Shown here in pieces: positions 18,622-28,599 of a DNA stretch of 64,000 nt. The position numbers and the translations under genes are program-made. Within the stretch, counting starts at the first letter, position 1, and each line of letters begins with the position of its first letter. Source of the stretch: an uncultured Methylomirabilota bacterium (GTDB taxonomy: Bacteria > Methylomirabilota > Methylomirabilia > Methylomirabilales > 2-02-FULL-66-22); the NCBI GenBank assembly GCA_963845565.1, contig CAWJSJ010000002.1, positions 2,496,001-2,560,000 of the forward strand. Direction: 5' to 3'. The notes beneath the pieces were generated by a model. The model saw nothing but the letters and a program-made list of their open reading frames with translations, was not told the DNA's origin and made no database searches.

Positions 18622-19593
18622 CTACTTCTTCTTCAGCAAGCCCACGGAATCCAATATCGGTTCCAGGCTCTTCTCCATGCCGACCAGGAACTGCTCGAAC
18701 TGCTGGTGGTCCATGTAGGTCCGCGGCAAGGCCAGCTTGTCCATCAGGGCGATATATTCCGGATCCTCCGCGGCTTTCTTGAACCCATCTCGGAGGATCT
18801 GCAGGGCCTCCGGCGGCGTTCCCTTTGCCACGGTGAGGCCCCGCCAGTCGAACACCGGGTTCTCGATGGGGAACCCGGCCTCGGCGAACGTCGGGACGTC
18901 CGGAAACGCCGGATGTCGCGCGGGGCTATTCGCGCCGAGCAGCCGTATCTGCTTGACTTGGTAGAACTGCAGCACTTCGTCCATGCCAGTCGTGGCCACG
19001 CTGACGTGACCCCCGACAAGCGCGGTGCGCGTGGGTGCCGCGCCGTCGAACGGGACGAAGGTGAATTTCAGTCCGTACTTATTCGCCAGTGAGGCGGCAG
19101 CGAGATGCCACGCCTGGCCAGGCCCGGCATGCCCCACGGTCAGGACGCCGGGGTTCGCCTTGGCGTAGTCAACGAGATCTTTCATGGTCTTGAACGGAGA
19201 GTCCATCCGCACTGACAATCCGGCCTGGCTCCGGTTCAACAGCGCGATCAGGTCAAAGTCCCGATAGGAAAGATCGGACATGCCGAGGAGCCGATAGGCG
19301 CTCAGGTGGAAGGTCACAACCGCCACGGTGTACCCGTCCGGCTTGGACATGGCGACCGAGTTCATACCCACGACGCCGGTCCCGCCCACGCGATTGATCA
19401 CGTTCATGTTCACGCCGAAGAACTTCTTGCTGTTCTTGACCAGCGTGCGGGCGAGCGTGTCTGTCCCACCCCCCGCCGCCCAAGGGACGACCAGGGTGAT
19501 ATCCCTCTCGGGGAAAGCGGCGAGGGCAGAGAGGGGGAGTGCAATGGACGCGACTAGAATGGCCACCAGCCCCAACCCACATCTCGATTTCAT
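18622..19593 (-). CDS. Tripartite tricarboxylate transporter substrate-binding protein (Bug/TctC)
   Basis: Signal peptide; VPWAAGGGTD, KPDGYT, FPDVPT. Confidence 0.9.
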   Translation of the reverse strand: MKSRCGLGLVAILVASIALPLSALAAFPERDITLVVPWAAGGGTDTLARTLVKNSKKFFGVNMNVINRVGGTGVVGMNSVAMSKPDGYTVAVVTFHLSAYRLLGMSDLSYRDFDLIALLNRSQAGLSVRMDSPFKTMKDLVDYAKANPGVLTVGHAGPGQAWHLAAASLANKYGLKFTFVPFDGAAPTRTALVGGHVSVATTGMDEVLQFYQVKQIRLLGANSPARHPAFPDVPTFAEAGFPIENPVFDWRGLTVAKGTPPEALQILRDGFKKAAEDPEYIALMDKLALPRTYMDHQQFEQFLVGMEKSLEPILDSVGLLKKK

Positions 19594-19682
19594 GACGGCC
19601 TCCCGTTGGCGAGCCGACGTATGCGGCCCGCGATCGCACGAACGGTTGCGGTGAGCACGGCAGACAGGGATCGCCTCCTTTC

Positions 19683-20720
19683 TCAAGCGAGTGTGCCTTC
19701 GGTGAGGTACCCTGCCCGACGGGCGATCGCCACACCACCGAGAATGGCAAGGCGGTCAACCTCCTCGATGGCCGAGATCTCCCGGATCTCCCGGATCACT
19801 CCGTGGTACCGGCCGAGCAGGTAGCGGAAGAGCCGGCACCGTGCCGGATGGCCGATGAGGACGAAGGGTACGTCCGGGGCGAAGCCGAGCAATGGAAAGT
19901 CGCGAAAGGCTTGGAGGTCTTCAGCGGCAATGGCAGCCTCCAGGAAGAGCCGGCGCAGCGGCGCCGGGACGCCGAGGAGCACCTCCAGGAAGCGGGGCAT
20001 GAGCAGCGCCCGCAAGAACCCGGCGTGGACGACGGCGTCGTAGGCACTCTCGACGACTTCAATGTCCAGAGCGTCGGAGTCGGCCTCCGGCGCCTCGACG
20101 GACTTGCCGATCGAGGTACCCTGGCGGATGGCCTCGAAGACCTGGCCGCTGAGGGTGGTCAGGGACCCGGCGATCTTCCCCTCCATCGTCACCGGAATGT
20201 ACTTGGTGTGCGAGCTGAGTACGACCGCCGTGAATGGCGGCGCCGGAATCCCGGGGAGCGCGAGGAGACCCATGATCTGAGTCTCCTCTCCCCGCATGAA
20301 GTCCACCCGGCGAATGTCGCGGTAGGTGGCCTCGGCAGGGTAGGCGTTCTTGAGGCCTCGAATAAAGACAAGCTGGACATCGACCGGGAACACGGTCTGG
20401 TCCCGCACCGGCAACACACCAGTGGCCAGGTCGTCGAGCCCCGCCGGTGCCGTCAGATGGGGAATCTCCAGGAGCCCGATCTCGGAGGTGATCATCCCCG
20501 AGGTGACCGCGCAGGCGAGATCCCGAACTTGGAGGCCAGCCTCGCGCACCGTGCGCTCGAAGAGCTCCGCGAGTCCATCCCGGAGGGTTTGCCGGGAGCC
20601 ACTGATGGCGGTGTCGCGGACGCCGATCTTCTTCGTCCCCTTGGCGATGACGCCCAGCCGGTCGTTCAACAGATACACGCGGGAGTTCGTCGTCCCGCAG
20701 TCGATCACGGCAAGATGCAT
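19683..20720 (-). CDS. dgoK: 2-dehydro-3-deoxygalactonokinase-like sugar-acid kinase
   Basis: IDCGTTNSR, SGMITSEIG, DFMRGEETQ, SHTKY. Confidence 0.8.
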   Translation of the reverse strand: MHLAVIDCGTTNSRVYLLNDRLGVIAKGTKKIGVRDTAISGSRQTLRDGLAELFERTVREAGLQVRDLACAVTSGMITSEIGLLEIPHLTAPAGLDDLATGVLPVRDQTVFPVDVQLVFIRGLKNAYPAEATYRDIRRVDFMRGEETQIMGLLALPGIPAPPFTAVVLSSHTKYIPVTMEGKIAGSLTTLSGQVFEAIRQGTSIGKSVEAPEADSDALDIEVVESAYDAVVHAGFLRALLMPRFLEVLLGVPAPLRRLFLEAAIAAEDLQAFRDFPLLGFAPDVPFVLIGHPARCRLFRYLLGRYHGVIREIREISAIEEVDRLAILGGVAIARRAGYLTEGTLA

Positions 20721-20757
20721 GGTCGTCTCTCCGGTTCCGATGCCGCGTCGTTCCCGA

Positions 20758-21642
20758 TTAGCCCAGGAACCCCGCCTTCACTAGCTCCTCTCGCATTGCC
20801 GCCGTCTCGCGGTCGCCGAGAGCGATGAAGGGCTCGCGCGGGCAGGCGTCGCAGACACCACGAATCTTCAAGAGGGCATAGACCGCCACGACCGTGGACT
20901 TGGCCAGGTACATGATGTCCCGGAGTTCGTTGACCCTGGCCTGGAGCGTTCGTGCGCGATCCATCTGGAACGTCGTGGCCGCCTCGTGGAGGTCCCGGCA
21001 GATCTCGGGGAAGGCATTCCCGAGTCCCGGGATGAAGGCGCGCACCCCAATCGTGGCCGCGTACAGGAACATCGCCTCGGTGCCAAGGACCACATCGAAA
21101 TCCGGCCGGCGGATCTTCTGCACGAAGTTGGCCAGCGTCATGATGTCGAAGCTGCTGTCCTTGATCCCTGCCACGCCCAGGTCCGCCAGCTCCTGGAGGA
21201 GGGGTACGTCGATCGCGACGCCGGTGAATTTCGGGTTGTTGTACGCATAGACCGGGATCTTCACTGCCTGGACCAGTCGCTCGAAGTAGAGTTTGATGCT
21301 CTCGCGGGTATGATGAAAGTAGTAGGGGACCACCGAAGAGATCGTGACCGCGCCTGCCCCTTCGGCATGCCGAGCCAGCGTCACCGCGTCGCGGACATTG
21401 GTGGCGCCCACATGGACGACGAGTTGGATGGCGGGGGCGATGGTCTTTGCGACAACATCGATCACCCGTTCCTTCTCCTCAATATTCATCAGCGGGCCGT
21501 TGCCGTATGAACCGCAGATGAATAGCCCGTGGACACGCTCGGACAGGAAATGGACCAGCTTCGTCAGGTTGTACTCGTCCAGGCTCCCGTCGGGCGCAAA
21601 CGGAGTGACCATGGGGGGGATAACGCCTTCGAGCTTCTTCAT
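20758..21642 (-). CDS. DHDPS/NAL-family aldolase (KDG-aldolase-like)
   Basis: GVIPPMVTPF, YNNP, GIKDSS. Confidence 0.85.
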   Translation of the reverse strand: MKKLEGVIPPMVTPFAPDGSLDEYNLTKLVHFLSERVHGLFICGSYGNGPLMNIEEKERVIDVVAKTIAPAIQLVVHVGATNVRDAVTLARHAEGAGAVTISSVVPYYFHHTRESIKLYFERLVQAVKIPVYAYNNPKFTGVAIDVPLLQELADLGVAGIKDSSFDIMTLANFVQKIRRPDFDVVLGTEAMFLYAATIGVRAFIPGLGNAFPEICRDLHEAATTFQMDRARTLQARVNELRDIMYLAKSTVVAVYALLKIRGVCDACPREPFIALGDRETAAMREELVKAGFLG

Positions 21643-21834
21643 TGGTGACCTCCGATCGGCGGGCGGTGAGCCCAAGACGATCTTTCCGCGCTTCACGCGT
21701 TCCCTCCAGACATCTACCGCAGGTCCGTCCTCGGGCTGTCGCCGCCGGGCGGTCCGGTTCGTGGCGGGACAGCACTTTCATCATATCATACCGGCGCCGG
21801 CGGGCGACGCGACGACCCTGTGCCAGCGTCTGGG

Positions 21835-22595
21835 TCAGGCGGAACGCACGGGGTTCCGCAGGACACCGATCCCGTCCACGGACACCTCGACGACATCTCC
21901 GGGCTTCATGGCCGCAACCCCGCGTGGCGTGCCTGCGCTGATGATATCCCCGGGGAACAGTGTCATGCACTGGGAGAGGTAGTGCACGAGGAACGGGATG
22001 CTGAAGATCATGTCGCTCAGGGAGGCTTCTTGCATCAGCGTTCCGTTCAGGCGTGTGCGCAGGACCAGCCGAGATGGATCCAGGCCCGTGGCGACGCACG
22101 GACCTACCGGGGCGAACGTATCGAAGCCCTTGGAGCGCGTCAATTGCCCCTGAGCCGCGCTGAGCGGGCGTTCGGTGATGTCGTTCAGGCAGGTGTACCC
22201 CAGGATGGCTTGCGTGGCTTCCTCAAGGGAGACATCTTTGATCTGGCGCTTGATCACCGCGGCCAGCTTCCCCCTCGTAATCCACCTGTTCGGCGACCCG
22301 CGGGAACGACGATGGGGTCGTCGGGACCGATTAGCGTCGTCAGCGGCTTGAGGAAGTGGGCGGGGAATTTCGGCGTGGGCATGCCGATTTCCTCGATGTG
22401 GTCGCGGAAGTTGAGGCCGACACAAAGAATTTTGGTGGGTTCCACCGGGGCCAACAGGCGAACGTCGCCGATCTGGTGAGATGTCGAGCTGATGCGGAAG
22501 TCCCCATAGATGGAACCTGTGACCTCTTTGACGATGTCGTCTTCCCAAACACCGTACCGAACCTGCAGACCTGACTCGAACCGGACAAGCTTCAT
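21835..22595 (-). CDS. Fumarylacetoacetate hydrolase family protein, frameshifted near 22290
   Basis: KILCVGLNF...FLKP in one frame; GYTCLNDIT, KGFDTF, PGDIISAGTP in another. Confidence 0.8.
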
Positions 22596-22709
22596 TTCTC
22601 TCTCCCAATTTTTCAAATGTCTCACGCCCTGCGTCTCGTCGTTCCGCTTACCCGAATTACGTGTGGTATTCAAGATCTCCTCGGGAATCCCGCACCGTAC
22701 GCCAGCCTT

Positions 22710-23993
22710 TCACTCCATGAGGAGCGCGGGGAGCCAGAGGCTGACGGCCGGCACGAAGGTGACCAGGAGTAGGACGATGACGTCGGCGATCAGGAACGGG
22801 ATGGACGCCCGGAAGATCGTGACGATGTCGAGCTTCGTGATCGTCGAAGCGACGTTCAGGCACATCCCCACGGGCGGCGTGACCAGGCCGATGGCCATGC
22901 CGACGATCAGGATGGCGCCGAACTGTATCGGGGAGACGCCGAGCGCCTTCATGGCCGGCATGAAGACCGGCGTGAGGAGGATGATCGCCGGGGCCACATC
23001 CACAAAGAACCCGACGAGCAGGATGATGACATCCAGGACGAGCAGGATGACCCAGAGCGGGAAGATCGAGGCCGATGAGCAAGTGCCGCCACCTGGTCCG
23101 GCACGCGCTCCAGCGCCAGGATCCAGGTGTACAGGGCCGGAGAACGCGGTGATGACCATCACATTGGCGCTGATCAGGATGATGCCGCGGAGCATCGGTG
23201 GGACGTGTCCGACTTCAAGCCGCGGAAGACAAGGTGCCCACGGCGAATGCGTAGAGGACACCCACGCCGGCGGCTTCGGTGGCGGTGGTCAGGCCGATGA
23301 CCACTGACCCGATCACGAAGACGGGCATCAGCAGCGGGAGGATACCGTTGTGCAGTCGGCTCAGGATCGCGGGACGGTGAATTGAATATCGCTTCGACGG
23401 GTAGCGCGCTTCGTCGAGATGATGCCGTTGATCGACATCTGTACCAGGCCGATGAGGATCAGACCGGGGATGGCGCCGGACAGGAAAAGCCGGCCGACCG
23501 ACTCCGAGGCGATGAAGGCGATAGATGACCATCGGGATGCTCGGGCGGGATGATCATTCCCGTTGGTGGACGCGGCCACGGTGATTCCGCCGGCGAATTC
23601 GCGCGAGTAGCCACGCCGCTCCATTTCGGGAATCAGGACGGAGCCGATCGAGGCCGCATCGGCCACGGACGACCCGGAGATGCCGCCAGATGATCATGCT
23701 GGACATGACGCAGACCATGCCCAGCCCACCCCGCAAGCCGCCCGACGAGGAGCATGCTGAAATCGATCAGCCGTGCGGTCAGCCCACCCTGGTTCATCAT
23801 CGCGCCCATGAGCATGAACAGGGGGAGGGCCAGCATGAGTTCCGTGTCCATTCCCGGAGAAGACGCGCTGTGGGAATCACCAGCAGGAGCCCCGGCTGGT
23901 ACGGACGAAGTAGAGCAGGCGGACAGGCCCAGCGCGTACGCGATGGGAGCCCCGCACCACGAGGACGGCCAGACCACCGAGCAGGATGAGCAT
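22710..23993 (-). CDS. dctM: TRAP transporter large permease, multiple frameshifts
   Basis: LLALPLFMLMGAMMNQGG, ADAASIGSVLIPEM, TATEAAGV, IGLVTPPVG spread over several frames. Confidence 0.8.
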
Positions 23994-24005
23994 GGGCGCC
24001 TCTTC

Positions 24006-24485
24006 TCACCGGCCGCGACACTCCTGCCGGGTATCGGCGAATCGCCAGCCAGAGGGCGTACAGGGCGACCAGCCCGCAACCGACGGGTACGCTCAAGAGC
24101 ACAACGCCTTGCGGGATTCGGAGGACGGGCGAGGGAAACTGACCGACCGAACGAATCCAGGGGATGCTCAGGATGACGACCAACCCGTGTCAGGCGCGAC
24201 CACGAGATAGATTGATCCGTCGCATCCAGCGCCGGGCCCGTGGCGGAAAGCGGTCCACGAACAGCGGGATGGCAATGTGCTCCCCCTTGGCAGAGCAACA
24301 CGGCGGCGCCGATGGCGAGGTGTAGATGAAGCAGAGACAGGGCGAATTCCTGTCCGCCGACGATGGTGGTGATGAAGAAAGTACCGCAGGATGACAAGGA
24401 CGATAATCGGCCACCGTGATGACGAGGAACAGATAACCGAGCAGGACCTCCAGAAAACGGGCCAGCTCGCGGCGAGACGACTCAT
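24006..24485 (-). CDS. dctQ: TRAP transporter small permease, frameshifted
   Basis: Between dctP and dctM; VILRYF, GEHIAI, SPVLRIP segments across frames. Confidence 0.7.
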
Positions 24486-24567
24486 GACCTGCACCCTTTC
24501 TCCGAGAGGGCGCTGCGGGGCGGTTGCGAGGCCGCCGCAGCGCCCGTGGCGCTCCGAGGGTGACGAG

Positions 24568-25581
24568 CTAGCGCTTAGCCTGGGCCAGGGCGCCGTCAAT
24601 CTCCGCCCGCGTGAAGAAACCCGCGCTTACATAGTGATCCCACACTGGGGTGACCTTCGCCACAAAGGCCTTGTGGTTCTCCGCCGTGATCCGGTTGGAC
24701 TGCAGCTTCTGGGTCAAGAGCGCCTGGTAGTCCTTCTCGGACGCCAACCACACCTCGTCGCTCTTGGCCATGGCCGCCTTGGCCGCGGCGGTGAAGACCA
24801 CCTTGAGGTCGGTCGGAAGGGCCTCGTACCAGGCGAGGCTGACGTAGAACGGATCGGGGTGGATCTGGTAGTTGACCTCGGTGAAATACTTCTGGACCTC
24901 GTAGAACTTCATCTCCACGATGTTCGAGGAGGGGTTTTCCTGCCCGTCCACCACGCGGGTCTTCAAGGCCATGTAGGTCTCGCCGTACGGCACCTGTTGC
25001 GGGCTGGCCCCCAGCGCGGTCATGGTTCGGATGATGGAGTCGATCGGGGGCGTCCGCATCTTGAGACCCTTCATGTCATCCGGGGAGGCAAGCGGCCGAA
25101 CATTGTTGGTGAATTGCCGGAAGCCTCCGGCAACCCCTGTGACCGGCACGTAGAACCCGTTGGCTCGGGCGCCATTATTGATCTGCTCCCCGAAGTCGCT
25201 GCGGATCACCTTCGTCGCCTGCTCGATGTCTGCGAACAGGAAGGGCAAGGTGTACAGGAGGTACTTCTTGTTTGCCCGCTCGAAGAGGGCGCCACGGGTA
25301 CCCTGGATATTCCCCACCTTCACCATGTCCATGAGTTCGGGCTCTTTCCCGAGAACTCCCGCGGCGTAGAGTTCGACCTTGATCTGGCCCTTGGACGCGG
25401 ATTCAAGCTGCTCCTTGAAAAAGATCATGGATTTGTGCCGGGGGTGCGTGTCCGGCTGCGCGTGGGCGAACTTGAACGCATACGTGGCCGCAGAGACGTC
25501 GCCCACCCACGGCGCCGGCCCCAGCGTGACGGAAAGCAAGACGAAGGCCGGTAGAACTGCCCAGGAAAACGTGTGCTTCAT
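24568..25581 (-). CDS. dctP: TRAP transporter substrate-binding protein
   Basis: Signal peptide; GFRQFTN, GLKMRTP, ALKTRVVDGQEN. Confidence 0.9.
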   Translation of the reverse strand: MKHTFSWAVLPAFVLLSVTLGPAPWVGDVSAATYAFKFAHAQPDTHPRHKSMIFFKEQLESASKGQIKVELYAAGVLGKEPELMDMVKVGNIQGTRGALFERANKKYLLYTLPFLFADIEQATKVIRSDFGEQINNGARANGFYVPVTGVAGGFRQFTNNVRPLASPDDMKGLKMRTPPIDSIIRTMTALGASPQQVPYGETYMALKTRVVDGQENPSSNIVEMKFYEVQKYFTEVNYQIHPDPFYVSLAWYEALPTDLKVVFTAAAKAAMAKSDEVWLASEKDYQALLTQKLQSNRITAENHKAFVAKVTPVWDHYVSAGFFTRAEIDGALAQAKR

Positions 25582-25690
25582 GGTGTCCGCTCCTTCTCGT
25601 GGAATTGTCCTTGACGGAGCCCGGGAGGGTCCACGGACTTCTTGTAGCAGCCCTCCCGGGTCTTGGAACCTGTGCTCGGCGAAGGTGAGG

Positions 25691-26407
25691 CTATTTCTCC
25701 ATGGCCGGCTTCCACACCTTCCAGACGTTGCCAACGAGGTTCGGCCCAGGGGTGAGCGTCAGTTCCCCCGGCATCCAGCCTGCCGGCGTGGCCTCTTTGC
25801 CGCCCGAGGCCCGCACGTGTTGGTACGCTTGGATCTGGCGGACCGACTCGGCGAACTTGCGGCCCACCGGCGGGGTGAGTACTTCCATGGCCTGGATGAC
25901 TCCGTCCGGGTCGATGATGAAGCGACCCCGCAGTTCGATCCCTTGGCCTTCGTCATAGACCCCGAACGCCCGGCCGACATTGCCGGCCTGATCCGATGCC
26001 ATGTGGAAGGGGACGCCGCCGTCCACCATCTTCACCAGTTCGTGGTCGTTCCACATCTTGTGGACGAAATGGCTGTCCACACTGACGGAGATGACCTCCG
26101 CGCCCAGCTTCTGCAGGACAGGATACTTGTCGGCGACCGCCGACACTTCCGTCGCTCAGACAAAGGTGAAATCACCGGGGTAGAAGCACAGCAACACCCA
26201 TTTCCCCAGGTAGTCCGACAGCTTGACCGAGGTGAACCCGCCGCGGTAGTACGCCGGGGCGGAGAAGTCGGGAGCCTTCTGTCCTACGCGCGCAGTCACG
26301 ATTTTCTCCTCCTTCTTCGTCGGGGTCTCGGCGGATTGTGGCCCGCCAGTCTCCTGCCCCGCGACCGTCCCGGTCACGCGAGCGCAGCCTTGCGGTTGCT
26401 CTGCCAT
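25691..26407 (-). CDS. prxU: Selenocysteine-containing peroxiredoxin (AhpC-like PrxU); UGA at 26156-26158
   Basis: [15 protein letters not shown] in frame, at the peroxidatic Cys position of FYPxDFTFVCPTE; hairpin follows. Confidence 0.92.
26128..26145 (-). other. Candidate bacterial SECIS element of prxU
   Basis: TGTCGGC-GGTC-GCCGACA stem-loop starting 11 nt after UGA, G-containing loop. Confidence 0.7.
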
Positions 26408-26528
26408 GTGTCCTCCTTTCCGGGGCGAATGCCCCCGTTTCCTTGGCCGGTTCTGATCGGCATGGTTTCCCGCAGAGTTCCCGCGGGGCCATAACGCATC
26501 GGGCGGACCTCACCAGTACAGTCCGGGA

Positions 26529-26544
26529 GGCATCGCGCGTGCCA
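26529..26544 (-). promoter_or_regulatory. Sigma54 -24/-12 promoter of prxU
   Basis: TGGCACGCGCGATGCC (GG-N10-GC). Confidence 0.75.
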
Positions 26545-26629
26545 GTTGCCCAGCGGAGAGGGAAACGGGATTGCGACAGACGAATGCTGGGCGAGGGGAT
26601 TTAGGGGAGAAGGAAGGGCCTAGAGCGGA

Positions 26630-26676
26630 TTGCGCATTTGCACCTTTGACAGTGGATCATGGTTGCGAGTCTGCAA
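26630..26676. promoter_or_regulatory. Tandem upstream activator sites
   Basis: TTGC-GCATTT-GCAC (26630) and perfect GGTTGC-GAGTCT-GCAACC (26661-26678); cores 33 bp apart. Confidence 0.6.
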
Positions 26677-28033
26677 CCGCGGGGGTACGGGGAATCTGCA
26701 AACGATGCTGCTTCATCTTCCGCCAAAGGGTGGTCTTGTGAATCCCCAGGGCCTTGGCGGCAGCCAGACGGTTCCAACCGTGGTGCCGCAGCGTCTCGAG
26801 GATGACGTGGGCCTCGAGGTCGTGCAGAGTGCTCGGGCCGGCCACCGGTGCGGATTGATCGGCGGGGCGGAGAGATTCCGGAAGGTGCTGCGGATGAATC
26901 ACGCCGCCGGGGCAGAGAATGAACGCGTGCTCGATGATGTTCTCGAGTTCGCGCACGTTTCCCGGATAGTCATGGGTCATCAGAATCCGCATGGTCTCCG
27001 GGGTCAGCCCCTCGATGTCTCTTCCGCGAAGCCGGCCGAACCGGGCGACGAAATGCTCGGCGAGGAGGGGGATATCCTCCCGCCGGTCGCGGAGCGGGGG
27101 AAGGGTGATGCGGACGATATTGATGCGGTAATACAGGTCTTGCCGGAACGTCCCCGCCTTCACGAGATCGGCAAGGCGCTTGTTGGAGGCTGTCACGATC
27201 CGGACGTCCGCTTTCACGGACTCGGTGCCGCCGAGCGGCTCGTAGGTCTTCTGCTCGAGCACGCGGAGGAGCCGCACCTGGAGGGCAGGGGATATGTCGC
27301 CGATCTCGTCGAGGAAAATGGTCCCGCCATCGGCCAGGGCGAAGCGTCCCGGCTTGTCCTTCCGCGCATCCGTGAAGGCGCCGGCCTTGTACCCGAAGAG
27401 CTCCGACTCCAGCAGGGTGTCGGGAAGCGCGCCACAGTTGACCGTCACCAGCGGCCCGGCCCGGCGAGGGCTCAACGCGTGGAGTGCTCGCGCCACCAGT
27501 TCCTTTCCGGTACCGCTTTCGCCCTCGATCAGCACCGTGCTGCTGCTCTCTGCAACGGCCGGCAGCATGGCGAAGATCCGCTGCATCGCCGGGCTCTTGC
27601 TGATGATGTCGGCAAACGTGTACTGGTGGGCGATCTCGGCACGCAGTTGCTCGACCAGCCGCAGGTCGCGAAACGTCTCGACCCCGCCCAGGATTTGGCC
27701 CCCGCGATCCTTGAGTACTGCGGTGCTCACGCTGATGGGCGCCCGATCGCCGTCCGATCGAAGAATATACACCTGGCGGTTCACCACCGGCCGCCCCGTG
27801 TGCATGGTTTCCTTCATGGCGCACTGGGCTTCACAAATGGATGCCCGGAAGACCTCGCAGCACGGCTGGCCTATGGCCTCGTGGCGGGGAACGCCCGTGA
27901 TCTGTTCGGCCGCACGATTGAAGGAGGTAATCCGGAATCCGTCGTCCACGGTGAACACCCCGTCGGCAACCGAATCCAGAATCACGGCCACCTCGTTGGA
28001 TGACAAGGCGGGATCTTTCTTGGTTATTCCCAT
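26657..28033 (-). CDS. Sigma54-dependent enhancer-binding protein (PAS-AAA+-Fis HTH)
   Basis: PAS with PCCEVF...IC...C; GESGTGKE, ESELFG, GAFTDA, FLDEIG, PGNVREL, HTH. Confidence 0.95.
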   Translation of the reverse strand: MGITKKDPALSSNEVAVILDSVADGVFTVDDGFRITSFNRAAEQITGVPRHEAIGQPCCEVFRASICEAQCAMKETMHTGRPVVNRQVYILRSDGDRAPISVSTAVLKDRGGQILGGVETFRDLRLVEQLRAEIAHQYTFADIISKSPAMQRIFAMLPAVAESSSTVLIEGESGTGKELVARALHALSPRRAGPLVTVNCGALPDTLLESELFGYKAGAFTDARKDKPGRFALADGGTIFLDEIGDISPALQVRLLRVLEQKTYEPLGGTESVKADVRIVTASNKRLADLVKAGTFRQDLYYRINIVRITLPPLRDRREDIPLLAEHFVARFGRLRGRDIEGLTPETMRILMTHDYPGNVRELENIIEHAFILCPGGVIHPQHLPESLRPADQSAPVAGPSTLHDLEAHVILETLRHHGWNRLAAAKALGIHKTTLWRKMKQHRLQIPRTPAVADSQP

Positions 28034-28243
28034 ACCAATGCCTCATTGCTAAGGCTGGCGCCGAGACCCGCTACGAGGGCTTCTCGGCCGGCCGGCAACC
28101 GACTGATGCGATTAGGATTCTAGCCGAATCCACCCCTCCGCGCCACAACGCTCTCTAACATACCCTGAGCCGCAGCCCGGACGAATGCTCGATTCTTCGT
28201 AGAGATCATCCACAGGCTCGTAGGGGAGAAACGCTGAGGATCT

Positions 28244-28259
28244 TGGCACCGCCTGTGCA
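28244..28259 (+). promoter_or_regulatory. Sigma54 -24/-12 promoter candidate for the respiratory operon
   Basis: TGGCACCGCCTGTGCA (GG-N10-GC), about 340 nt before ATG 28600. Confidence 0.55.
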
Positions 28260-28599
28260 GCGCGTTTTGCGTGATAACACTTCCTCATAGATGTCTATCG
28301 GCCAGCAAGATGCAGTCCATAAAGCAGCCTCCGAGAATTCTGCGCCGGGGGACGGAAAGGATTGTCGCCAGCCATTGTTCGAAACCTCTTGATGGTGAAT
28401 CCGGTCCAAGCTTTCCTGGTATCGACTGAAAAAGTCGAGACGGGTTGCGTCCGGGTGGCTCGCCGGACCGTTGATGGGCCTGCTGGGTGCGCGGCGCGAC
28501 GCGATCCGGCGCCACTCGGCCGGAACACGAACGGGCGAAGCGGTCGGGAGCGAGCACATTCGGCGCGTGGGGCCGGAAGGACATGAAAGAGGAGAGGGC

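Noticed and set aside
28040..28240. TTGC-N6-GCAA enhancer pair for the plus-strand sigma54 promoter
   Set aside because: Only a poor single match near 28085 and no 33-34 bp partner, so this operon is not assigned to the regulon
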